Source of the DNA: an uncultured Gemmatimonadales bacterium
GTDB taxonomy: Bacteria > Gemmatimonadota > Gemmatimonadetes > Gemmatimonadales > Gemmatimonadaceae
Direction of reading: 5' to 3'
DNA length: 64,000 bases
Assembly: GCA_963701965.1 (NCBI GenBank)
Contig: OY969695.1
Location: forward strand, 4,512,001 to 4,576,000
Of this stretch, positions 1 to 9,042 are shown in pieces. The number at the start of each line of letters is the position of its first letter. Positions within the stretch are counted from its first letter, which is position 1. The position numbers were made by a program, and so were the translations under genes. The notes below the pieces were generated by a model that did no database searches, was not told the DNA's origin, and saw only the letters and a list, made by a program, of their open reading frames with translations.

Positions 1-77
1 GCGCTCGGTGTCATGCGCGTGCCCGCGGAATGGTGCGATGCGCAGGCGGAGCGCGCCGAGCGCTACCGTTCGGATCT

Positions 78-806
78 ATGGATCTCACCGGGCGCGTCGC
101 CCTCGTAACCGGCGCCGGCCGTCGGGTCGGCCAAGCGCTGGCCTTGGATCTCGGTGGCGCCGGCGCTCGCGTCGCCGTGCACTATCACGGTTCGGCTACC
201 GGCGCCGGTGAGACGGTCTCCCGGCTTCAGGCGCTGGGCGTCGAAGCCCGGACATTTGCCGCCGACTTGAGTGACGCCCGCGCCGCGGGCGCGCTCGTGG
301 ACAGCGTCGCCGATGCGTTCGGCCAGCTCGACGTGCTGGTCAACTCGGCGGGCATCATGCAGCACGTGGCCGTCGCCGACGTCACGCCCGAGGATTGGGA
401 CACGACGTTCGCCATCAACCTCCGGTCCCAATTCTTCACGTCGCAGGCCGCGGCGCGCCGGATGGGCGCGGGCGGCGTCATTGTGAACATGGCGGACCTC
501 GCCGGGTTCGAGGCGTGGACCGGATACGTGCCGCATTGCGTGAGCAAGGCCGGCGTCGTCGCCCTGACCCGGGCCTTGGCCCACGCCCTGGGCCCCGGCA
601 TCCGGGTGAATGCCATAGCCCCTGGCGCCGTCCTCTTGCCCGAGGGCATGGACCACGCCATGGCCGACCGCCTCACCCGCACCACGCCGCTCAAACGACT
701 CGGCTCGCCCGGGGATGTCGTGCGCGCGATGCGCTATCTGATCGATGCCGACTACGTGACGGGCGAGACGCTCATCGTCGACGGCGGCCGCCATGTCCGA
801 ACGTGA
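78..806 (+). CDS. SDR family oxidoreductase, pteridine reductase/FolM-like
   Basis: TGAGRRVG Rossmann variant typical of PTR1/FolM, LVNSAG, HCVSK at the YxxxK position, VNAIAPG, VDGG; ATG at 78. Confidence 0.85.
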   Translation: MDLTGRVALVTGAGRRVGQALALDLGGAGARVAVHYHGSATGAGETVSRLQALGVEARTFAADLSDARAAGALVDSVADAFGQLDVLVNSAGIMQHVAVADVTPEDWDTTFAINLRSQFFTSQAAARRMGAGGVIVNMADLAGFEAWTGYVPHCVSKAGVVALTRALAHALGPGIRVNAIAPGAVLLPEGMDHAMADRLTRTTPLKRLGSPGDVVRAMRYLIDADYVTGETLIVDGGRHVRT

Positions 807-1593
807 CGGTCGCTCGTATGGTCGCATCACCATCGTCGGCGGTGGCTGCTACGGCTCGTACTATCTGCGCCAGCTGGGTCGTGCGCGCGCCGCGGGCGCG
901 CTGACCTGGACCCGTCTCACGGTTGTCGATCGAGATCCAGATTGCCGGGTCAGCCCCGAGCTCGGCGAGGCCGGAGGCGACGCCGAATTGGTGACCAGTG
1001 ATTGGACAACGTACTTCCGTGAGTACCTGGACGCGGGGTGCGATGCACCCGCGTCGATTGTCCACGACGCCATCGTGCCGTCCCCACTGATGCCGCACCT
1101 CATGTACGAATGGCTCCGGGATCGCGCCCGGGCGCGGTGGCCCGAGCGCGAGGTGGCGACACGCCCGCTGTCGGCACCACCGCCGACCCCCTGGGAACGC
1201 GCGGCGCCCGACGGCACACACTACGTGAGTTTCGCGACCTGGATCTGCCCGGTGAACTGTATCGAGCCCGCAACGTGCCCGCATACGCGCGGCCCCCGCA
1301 CGTGGACGATGCCGGCGGCCGCCCGCGAATACGTGGACGCCGAGCGGGCCCGGGGGCGATCTATCGCCGGCCCGGCGCTGTTTCCCGTCACCCACCGCGC
1401 CTATGGCGTCGGGATGCTCGACACCCGCGACGTCGTCGCCGCCGACGCGCTCGTTCGCGAGTGCGCCGCGGGCGGTCCGGCCGACGTCCTCGTGGGCACG
1501 GTCTCACACTGTCACGGCGCCCTCTCGGTCCTCTCGATCTCGGCCCCGGTTAATATTCAAGCATGGCGATCATTCGCGACTACGAGATCGTAA
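793..1593 (+). CDS. Hypothetical protein with N-terminal Rossmann-like motif and Cys-rich motifs
   Basis: IVGGGCYG...VVDRD, CPVNCIEPATCPH, TVSHCHG; overlaps both neighbours. Confidence 0.75.
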   Translation: MSERDGRSYGRITIVGGGCYGSYYLRQLGRARAAGALTWTRLTVVDRDPDCRVSPELGEAGGDAELVTSDWTTYFREYLDAGCDAPASIVHDAIVPSPLMPHLMYEWLRDRARARWPEREVATRPLSAPPPTPWERAAPDGTHYVSFATWICPVNCIEPATCPHTRGPRTWTMPAAAREYVDAERARGRSIAGPALFPVTHRAYGVGMLDTRDVVAADALVRECAAGGPADVLVGTVSHCHGALSVLSISAPVNIQAWRSFATTRS

Positions 1594-2594
1594 TCGTCGG
1601 CGCCGGTCCCGCGGGCATGACCGCGGCGCTCTATGCCGGCCGCGCGATGCGGAACACCGTGGTGCTGGAGTCGATGGCCGATGCGGGCGGCGAGTTGCTG
1701 CGCACGGAGTATCTCGACGACGTCATCGGCTTCCCGATGATCAAGGGCGACGACCTCGCCAAGCGGTTCGAGGAGCACGCCAAGAAGTTCGGCGCCGAGT
1801 TCGTCTATTTCACGGATGTCGCCTCGGTCCGGAAGCTCGACGACGATGTGAATTTCGCGACGGAAACCGTCAACGGTGACGTCTACGAATCGCCGGTCGT
1901 GATCGTGACGTCGGGTGGCACGCCGGTCAAGCTCGGCATTCCGGGCGAGCTCGAGTACGCGGGGCGGGGCGTCAGCTATTGCGCCATCTGCGACGCGAAT
2001 TTCTTTCGGCGGCACACGATCGCGGTGGTGGGCGGCGGGGACGCCGCGTGCGAGGAGGCGGACTATCTCACGCGGTTCGCCGACAAGGTGTATCTGATCC
2101 ACCGGCGCAACGAGTTCCGCGCGTCCAAGGTCATCCAGAAGCACGTCTTCGCGAACCCGAAAATCGAAGTCGTGTTCAACACGGTCGCCGAGGAAGTGCT
2201 GGGCGTCGAGACGCCGACCGGACCGACGATGACGGGCCTGCGCCTGCGCGATGCGGTCACGGGCGCGACGCGCACGCTCGATGTGACCGGGCTCTTCGTG
2301 TTCATCGGGTTCAAGCCCAACACGGGCGTGATCAAGGGGCATTTCGCCCACGACGCGCTGGGTTACGTCATCACCGACAATGCGATGATGTCGTCTATCC
2401 CGGGTCTCTACGTCGCCGGCGACCTGCGGTCGCAGCTCACGCGGCAGGTGACGACGGCGTCCGGCGACGCGACGACGGCGGCCATCGCGGCCGACAAGTA
2501 CATCAAGGATTTGGTCGAGGCGGACGGGCAGGCCGACGACGGTGTCGATGAGGCCGTCAAGGCCTCACACGTCAACCTTGGCGGGTGGACCTGA
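1563..2594 (+). CDS. trxB: Thioredoxin-disulfide reductase
   Basis: GAGPAG, GVSYCAICD, VGGGDAACEEA, HRR, GLYVAGD. Confidence 0.93.
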   Translation: MAIIRDYEIVIVGAGPAGMTAALYAGRAMRNTVVLESMADAGGELLRTEYLDDVIGFPMIKGDDLAKRFEEHAKKFGAEFVYFTDVASVRKLDDDVNFATETVNGDVYESPVVIVTSGGTPVKLGIPGELEYAGRGVSYCAICDANFFRRHTIAVVGGGDAACEEADYLTRFADKVYLIHRRNEFRASKVIQKHVFANPKIEVVFNTVAEEVLGVETPTGPTMTGLRLRDAVTGATRTLDVTGLFVFIGFKPNTGVIKGHFAHDALGYVITDNAMMSSIPGLYVAGDLRSQLTRQVTTASGDATTAAIAADKYIKDLVEADGQADDGVDEAVKASHVNLGGWT

Positions 2595-2597
2595 GAC

Positions 2598-3257
2598 ATG
2601 GCCGCGGCCGATCTCATCATTCGCCCTACGACTGTCGGCGCGTTCGAGGAGAACGCCTATCTCCTCGTCGATCCGGACACCAACGATGCGGTGTACGTGG
2701 ATCCCGGTGCCGAGGGCGATGAGCTGCTGGCCGTGCTGGGCGATACGGGCGCGACGTTGCGCGCGATCTGGCTGACGCACGGCCACGTCGACCACGTGGG
2801 CGGCATCGCCGCCATCCGCCGCGTGCATGATGTCCCGATCTATCTCCATCCCGCCGACCGCCCGCTGTACGATGAGGCGGCGCAGGTCGCCGAACGGTAC
2901 GGGATTCCCTTCGAGGTGCCGCCACCACCGGATCTCGAGCTCCGCGAGGGCCAACGCCTCACCGTCGGCGGCGTGGCGTTCGATGTCGCGCACACGCCCG
3001 GGCACGCGCCGGGCCATGTCGTCTTCCTGGGCCCCGGGCTGGCGTTTGGCGGCGATTTGTTGTTCGCCGGGTCGATCGGCCGCACGGATCTCCCGTTGAG
3101 CGATCCCGCCCGGATGGTGGAGTCGCTGGAGCGGGCCGCGACATGGGATGGCGCGTTGGTGATTCATCCCGGACACGGCCCCTCGACGACGATCGACGAA
3201 GAGCGGCGCTCGAACCCGTTCCTGAGGGGCCTGGCGCGCCCGTTGGCGCGGCGCTGA
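2598..3257 (+). CDS. MBL-fold metallo-hydrolase (glyoxalase II/YcbL-like)
   Basis: THGHVDHVG, HTPGHAPG, GDLLFAGSIGRTD, PGHG, ExxxNPF. Confidence 0.9.
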   Translation: MAAADLIIRPTTVGAFEENAYLLVDPDTNDAVYVDPGAEGDELLAVLGDTGATLRAIWLTHGHVDHVGGIAAIRRVHDVPIYLHPADRPLYDEAAQVAERYGIPFEVPPPPDLELREGQRLTVGGVAFDVAHTPGHAPGHVVFLGPGLAFGGDLLFAGSIGRTDLPLSDPARMVESLERAATWDGALVIHPGHGPSTTIDEERRSNPFLRGLARPLARR

Positions 3258-3261
3258 GGCC

Positions 3262-3699
3262 GTGCGCGCCTTCGTGGTGGTCTCGGTCGTATCGGCGTGG
3301 CTCGGTGCCGCGCTGCTCCTCGCCGCGTCGGTGGCGCCGGCTGCGTTCGGCGCGTTGCCGTCGCGGGATCTCGCCGGCGCCGTGATCGGTCGCGTGTTGC
3401 CCGTGGTGTTCATCTCGGGCGCGCTCGCCGGCCTCTTCGCCTTTCTCCTGACGCGCTCCTGGCCCGGGCTGGCGATGGCGGTCGCCTGTGCGATCGCCCA
3501 GTTCGGCGTGGACGCGCGCATCGCGCGGCTTCGGGCGGCGATCGGCGGCCCGGTCGACGCGCTGGCCGCGGACGATCCGCGCCGGGTCGCCTTTGGGCGG
3601 CTCCACGGCGTGAGTGTCACGCTCTTGGGCCTAGCCATGATTGGCGCCGCGGCGGTCGTCGTGGGCGCCGCACTCGCTGCCCGCCCAAGACCTACATAG
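3262..3699 (+). CDS. Membrane protein, DUF4149-like
   Basis: Four hydrophobic segments, VAPAAF..L..R..AG, FGRLHGVS. Confidence 0.75.
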   Translation: MRAFVVVSVVSAWLGAALLLAASVAPAAFGALPSRDLAGAVIGRVLPVVFISGALAGLFAFLLTRSWPGLAMAVACAIAQFGVDARIARLRAAIGGPVDALAADDPRRVAFGRLHGVSVTLLGLAMIGAAAVVVGAALAARPRPT

Positions 3700-3710
3700 G
3701 AGACGCGCAC

Positions 3711-4244
3711 GTGGAGACGGCACGACTTCCGATGATACCCGTTGACGCCGATGTCCCCGAGGGGACACGCGCCGTTTTCCAGGCCTTTGTCCGCGAGCGC
3801 GGCGGCGTGCCGAATTTGTTTCGGATCGCGGCGCTGCGGCCGCCGATCGTCGAGACGCTGCAGGCGCACCTGCGCGCGGTGATGGGGCCGGGCGAGGTCG
3901 ACGTGCTGCTCAAGGAGTTGGTCGCCTGCCGCGTGTCGCAGGTGAACGGCTGCGAGTACTGCCTGGCGTCGCACGGGAAGCTGGCGCGCCGGTTCGGCGG
4001 AAACGAGGGCCAAATCGCGGCGCTGGCCGCCGAGGATTACACGAGCTTTGCCCCGGGGTGGGCGGCCGCTTTCGCCTATGCCACCGAGGTCGCCGGTCCC
4101 GGTGGGTGCGTGACCGACGCGACGTTTGCCGCGCTGTCCGAATACTGGAGCGCGCCGCAGATCGTCGAGATCACCGCGGTCGCCGCGGTGTTCAGTCTCT
4201 TCAATCGTTTTGCCAACGCCTTGCAAATTCCGATCACTCTATGA
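3711..4244 (+). CDS. AhpD/carboxymuconolactone decarboxylase family protein
   Basis: VSQVNGCEYCLASH (CxxC-H), GGVPNLF, NRFANAL; AGGAG before GTG 3711. Confidence 0.85.
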   Translation: METARLPMIPVDADVPEGTRAVFQAFVRERGGVPNLFRIAALRPPIVETLQAHLRAVMGPGEVDVLLKELVACRVSQVNGCEYCLASHGKLARRFGGNEGQIAALAAEDYTSFAPGWAAAFAYATEVAGPGGCVTDATFAALSEYWSAPQIVEITAVAAVFSLFNRFANALQIPITL

Positions 4245-5669
4245 ACGACGCGTTCCGTACCGAAAAGGATCCTCTCGGCCCCCTCGAAGTGCCGGCCGAG
4301 GCGCTCTATGGGGTCCAGACTCAGCGTGCCGTGCAGAACTTCCCGATCAGCGGGCTGCGCGCCCGGCCGTCGTTCATCGACGCGACAGTGCAGATCAAGC
4401 GCGCCGGGGCGCTGACGCACGCGCAGACCGGACGCCTCGACCGCCGCTTGGCGGACGCGATCATTCAGGCGGCCGACGAGGTGTTGCGGGGCGAGTTCCG
4501 CGATCAGTTCGTGGTCGACGTGTATCAGGCCGGGGCCGGCACGTCGCACAACATGAACGTGAACGAGGTCCTGGCGAACCGCGCCAACGAGTTGCTCGGC
4601 GGCCAGCGCGGGACATATACGCCGGTGCACCCGAACGACCACGTCAACATGGCGCAGTCGACGAACGACGTCGTGCCGACGGCGATTCGCCTGGCGTGTC
4701 TCGCCGAGGCGCACCATGTGGCGCGCGAGGCGACGCGGCTGGTGGGCGCGCTGGCGGAGAAGGGCGCCGAGTTCGACGGGGTGATCAAGGCGGGCCGGAC
4801 GCACTTGCAGGATGCGATGCCGATCCGCCTCGGTCAGGAGTTCGCCGCGTACGCGGGCACGATCGCGCGCGGGCTGCAGCGGGTGCAGAGCTCCACGGAG
4901 TTCTTGCGCGACTTGGGGATCGGCGGCAGCGCGGTGGGGACGGGCGTGAACGTGGAGCCGGAGTATCCGGCGCTCATGGTCAAGCATTCTGTCCGATATG
5001 ACGGGCCAGACCCTGCGCGCCGGCGCCGACCGCGTGCAGCTGATGCAGAGCATGGGGGATGTCGCGGGCTACAGCGCGCAGCTCCGCGTGCTGGCGTTGG
5101 ACCTGAGCAAGATCGCCAGCGATCTGCGCCTCTTGGCGAGTGGGCCGCGCACGGGGCTCGATGAGATTCGCATGCCGGCGGTGCAGCCGGGATCGTCGAT
5201 CATGCCGGGCAAGGTGAATCCGTCGATGGCCGAGATGGTGAATCAGGTGTGCTTCCAGGTGATGGGCTGCGACGCGTGCGTGGCGATCGCCGCGGAGCAT
5301 GGCCAGCTCGAGCTCAACGTCATGATGCCGGTGATCGCGTTCAACGTCCTGTTAGCGAGCCAAATCCTGGCCAACGCCATGAAGGAGTTCGCGGATCGTT
5401 CGGTGATCGGTATCGAGGCCAACGTCGAGCAGTGCGCGTACTGGGTGGAGCGGTCGGCGGCGCTGGCGACGGCGCTGGCTCCGCAGATTGGCTACGCCAA
5501 GGCGGCGCAGTTGAGCAAGGAGTCGGTCCTCAAGAACGAGCTGATTCGCGACTTGGTGCGGCGGCTCGAGGTGTTGCCGGCGGAGCAGATCGAGGAAATC
5601 CTCGATCTGCGCAAGATGACGGAGATCGGGGTGCCGGGTGGCGCTCACGGGGGTGTCGCGGCTGGCTAG
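4241..5669 (+). pseudogene. aspA: Aspartate ammonia-lyase (fumarase/aspartase family), split by a +1 frameshift near 4988; probably a sequencing error
   Basis: N-half has YGVQTQRA, GAGTSHNMN, HPNDHVN and GRTHLQDA; C-half has GSSIMPGKVNP and GQLELNVM; removing one T from CATTCTG restores KHLSDMTG. Confidence 0.85.
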
Positions 5670-5702
5670 CCCGAATACACAAAAAGAGTTAGAGTTAGGT
5701 TC

Positions 5703-6158
5703 GTGCGCATCACCACGTGGGCAGAGTACGGCCTGATCTGTGCGCTGCACCTGGCTAAACGGGCTGCAGAGGGTCCGGTGACTGGGCGCGACCTCGCCGA
5801 GCGCGAGAAGCTGCCCGCGGATTACGTCGAGCAGATCCTGCTGCGGCTCCGCCGGGCGGACGTGGTGCGGAGCACGCGCGGCGCGCACGGTGGGTACGTC
5901 CTGGCACGGCCGGCCGAAGCGGTGTCGGTGCGCGATGTGATCACGGCGTCGGAAGGCGCGACGTTCGATCTGCACTGCGTGAGTCATCCGGTCGAGGAGT
6001 CACGCTGCTCGGAGTCGCATAGCTGCAGCATCCGGCCGGTGTGGCTGCTGTTGCAGGCGAGGATCGACAATGTGCTCGAGGGCATCCACCTCGCGGATCT
6101 GCTGGAGCAGGAGCAGGTCGTGCGGCAACGGGTTGGCCTGCCGGTCCTCCAGGCGTAG
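5703..6158 (+). CDS. Rrf2 family transcriptional regulator (IscR-like, three Cys)
   Basis: YVEQILLRLRR..VRSTRGAHGGY; three C-terminal Cys in HCVS..RCSE..SCSI. Confidence 0.92.
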   Translation: MRITTWAEYGLICALHLAKRAAEGPVTGRDLAEREKLPADYVEQILLRLRRADVVRSTRGAHGGYVLARPAEAVSVRDVITASEGATFDLHCVSHPVEESRCSESHSCSIRPVWLLLQARIDNVLEGIHLADLLEQEQVVRQRVGLPVLQA

Positions 6159-6176
6159 CTCGCTCCGCGGTCCGCG

Positions 6177-6755
6177 ATGAACATCACGACGCTCTGGCGT
6201 CGCTGGACGTCGGGCCGGATGTCGGATGGCACGCTGCGCCAGCGGGCGACCGCGGTCGCGCGCGCCGCCTTGGTCGAACCCGACGCATTGGATGTGCAGT
6301 GGCTGGCCGACCGGGGCACGCACGGCGACGAGGACCACGCGCGCTGGGAATGGCGCTACGCACGCCGCGCATTCACGATCATCGTGGCCCAACGCGACGC
6401 GCTCGACGACCGCACGGGATCTTTGGTCGCCGCCGCCGTCGGCTCTCTTTTGGCCCGCGACCCTTTGATCGATGCCTCGAAACGCACCGTAGCCACGCGC
6501 CAATTCAACGATCGCCTAGCGGACTACTCGGCGATTCTCCGCGACCGCGATCCCGCGGTCCCGACAGCCGAGCGCTTAGCCCGCGCGCTGTTCTCTTTCG
6601 CCGGCACACCAAACCCGACCCCGGCCGACATGCTGCGTGGCGGCACCGCGCTTTCGTCGATGGTGGCCGACACGAATGCCACGCTAGCTCACCATTTCGG
6701 CAACGCCGAGCTCCCGGCCGACCTGCCGCCCTCGGCTATAGGTCGCCGGTCCTAG
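6177..6755 (+). CDS. Hypothetical protein
   Basis: 192-aa ORF following Rrf2 with protein-like composition; start uncertain. Confidence 0.65.
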   Translation: MNITTLWRRWTSGRMSDGTLRQRATAVARAALVEPDALDVQWLADRGTHGDEDHARWEWRYARRAFTIIVAQRDALDDRTGSLVAAAVGSLLARDPLIDASKRTVATRQFNDRLADYSAILRDRDPAVPTAERLARALFSFAGTPNPTPADMLRGGTALSSMVADTNATLAHHFGNAELPADLPPSAIGRRS

Positions 6756-6874
6756 TTTGACGCAAGGTTCTAGTCGTCGGCCGACCCGCGCCAGGATTCC
6801 GCGCAGCGGAATCCCTCCAAAAAGGATGCGTTGATGCGCCACCGGCGCCATCAACGCCCCCCCTGAGGCCATAA

Positions 6875-6905
6875 CAGGGTCCCAGCGCACCGCGCTGGGA
6901 CCCTG
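6875..6905 (-). terminator. Perfect 14-bp hairpin just 3' of tRNA-Leu
   Basis: cagggtcccagcgc-acc-gcgctgggaccctg; only a short T tail follows. Confidence 0.55.
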
Positions 6906-6907
6906 CT

Positions 6908-6992
<85 letters not shown>

Positions 6993-7003
6993 GAGGAGGG
7001 GGT

Positions 7004-7032
7004 AACATACGGGCCCCCTCTGGCAGGGTCAA
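7004..7032 (-). promoter_or_regulatory. Sigma70 promoter of tRNA-Leu
   Basis: Minus strand TTGACC-N17-TATGTT, 11 nt upstream of the tRNA. Confidence 0.75.
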
Positions 7033-7092
7033 CGCGCTACCCAACGCCTGGGTGCACAAAGCGTATATTCTTGATAATCGGAGGTTCCAAAC

Positions 7093-7602
7093 ATGCGGAC
7101 CGCAGCGCTCGTTCTGGTAGGGGTCGTCGCCGCGACCACGGCCCAGGCTCAGGGCAACATGTTCGCGCCCATGGCCATGTACGCCACGCAGGCGCAGCAG
7201 ATGGCGCCGATGTTCAACATGCAGTCGCCGACGCGGAGCTTCTTCACCGCGAAGGACCAGCTCATGATGATGAAGTCGGACAACGAGTCGATGGCCAACC
7301 TGACGACCGGCGAATCCCGGCCTCAGCCGGTGAAGGTCGAGGACGCCTCGGAGCGGATGGCCGAGGTCCCGACCGTCTCGCCCCAGGCCGGCTCCTATCA
7401 GGGCACGACGATGGTGACGATCGCCAGCAGCGTTCCGGGCGCGACGATCTACTACTCGCTCGACGGCACGTTGCCGCACTGGGGCTCCCCGCAGTACACG
7501 GGACCCATCAAGGTCTCGCACTCCGCGCACTTGCTGACGTTCGTGGTGCCACCGCACGGCCTGCGGAGCCCCACGGTCGACGTCCAGTACGAGATCCGCT
7601 AG
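7093..7602 (+). CDS. Secreted protein with Met-rich region and C-terminal Fn3-associated/chitobiase-C-like domain
   Basis: Signal peptide ending AQA; PTVSPQAGSY..VTI..GATIYYSLDG..P..YTGPI; GGAGG RBS. Confidence 0.8.
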   Translation: MRTAALVLVGVVAATTAQAQGNMFAPMAMYATQAQQMAPMFNMQSPTRSFFTAKDQLMMMKSDNESMANLTTGESRPQPVKVEDASERMAEVPTVSPQAGSYQGTTMVTIASSVPGATIYYSLDGTLPHWGSPQYTGPIKVSHSAHLLTFVVPPHGLRSPTVDVQYEIR

Positions 7603-8112
7603 TTAGGCGACTCCGACCACTCGGCGTCCCGGGCGAGGCAGGCGACCTGGCTCGGGACGCTATTTGCGTGTGCCGGATCCAAACGCCATCCGGTTGTGGT
7701 GTAAGTGTTTGGAGCCGATGCACTGCGGGCCCAGTCTGCCGGCTAGCAACCCCATGGACATCGACAGGCATCGCATCGCCTGCGGTGGTCACTGAAACAG
7801 TCGGCTTTGCGGATGGCGAGAGCAGACTCGCGGGAGTGGTTGAAGGCGCGCTGGTAGCGGCCGGCGCAGAATGACTTGAAGCGACTCCACCGTTGGTTGA
7901 TGGCGCCGCTGTCGATGTCGTCGACGGACCAGGTGCCGAGGAACCTGCCACGCCACCGTGGTGCGAACACGTGCCCCGCCCGTGAGCTTCGATGTCCACC
8001 CATTGGCACATGTCGCCTGCGCTGCGAGTGGTGACGCACCAGCGACCCAAAGCGACGCGAGGACCGATACGGTGCGTCGAATAGGGACTCTGATTCGTCG
8101 GGTCGTTTCCAA
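7603..8112 (-). pseudogene. DUF3761-like secreted protein, frameshifted near 7980; 3' end uncertain
   Basis: Signal-like N-terminus and ATCANGWTSK in one frame; RGTCSHHGGV and a Ser/Thr/Pro linker in the adjacent frame; one extra G joins them. Confidence 0.6.
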
Positions 8113-8121
8113 CGGCCAGCC

Positions 8122-8346
8122 CTAGTGCGACTTCGGGTGCGGATAGCGCCTCGTGTAGGGCGCTACGTGTGTGCCGTTCTTCTTGGTGTATCCTCTCACG
8201 TGCACGCGTGGGCCGGCGGCGTGAGGCACCTTCGGATGCGAGGTGGCAGGATGATGATGGCCGCTTCCACCTGGACCTGAACTCGCTGCTGCAACGCCCG
8301 CCGTGAGACCGAGTCCAAGCAATGCGATAACAAGGCGACGGGCCAT
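8122..8346 (-). CDS. Small secreted basic His-rich protein with VRGYTKKNGTHVAPY motif
   Basis: 74 aa; signal peptide; matches the recurrent V.GY.(R/K)K(D/N)GT.V motif. Confidence 0.7.
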   Translation of the reverse strand: MARRLVIALLGLGLTAGVAAASSGPGGSGHHHPATSHPKVPHAAGPRVHVRGYTKKNGTHVAPYTRRYPHPKSH

Positions 8347-9042
8347 TGAGCGGACAGTGACCATCACGACCCCCTGAGACGAGAACAGTCGATACCGGGA
8401 TAGAACATGGCACAAATACGGAGTAGGACAAGGGCACAATTGTGACACCCTGCGTCCGGCCCGGGCGACCACACATTGCTGTCTTGCAATATGAGCGCAC
8501 GTCGCTCGTTTCCTCCCCAACGAATACGCCGGCGACTTCGGCGCCGCGAGCGTACACGGATCTGGGGTGGTTCCGCACAAGGGCGCGCGACGACTTGGAA
8601 CATCGAGGGGAGCGGGGTCCTCCCGGGCGATCAATTATCTCATCGTCGAGGGCCGACGACTGCACCGATCCGTGGCGCAGGAGGCTTGGGTGCCAAGATC
8701 TTTCGAGCCGAGAACGCTCCGGAGCCACGGGCGGGGTTTCGGTCACACCGCTTGAGCCGCACAAAGCGCGTCGTTGCTGGTTGGCATTCGTGGTTTTCGG
8801 TTGACCACCGCGCTCGGGACCATAAAGATTTTGACGGCGCCAAATGCGCCGCCGACTGCTTAGAACGGTTTCCCGATCCACCTGTTAGATCGTCACGCCG
8901 AACTCCCGGCGGCCGGCTACTACTGCCGCCAGGATCAGAGACGCCGGGAATGGGTAGGGTGAATCCTCCCGCTTAGCAGTGCCAACGTAGTGGGCGGCGC
9001 CACGGCAACGCCCCGATGCATAATCCCTGAGAAAACCAGTCG

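Noticed and set aside
1..14. Possible start of a divergent minus-strand gene (ATG at 14)
   Set aside because: Only four codons lie inside the window
7602..8890. Integron attC cores GTTAGGC (7602) and GTTAGAT (8884)
   Set aside because: No matching inverse core with an attC-like hairpin found, and no intI
8364..8976. Several overlapping ORFs inside the island
   Set aside because: No recognisable motif, RBS or consistent coding pattern
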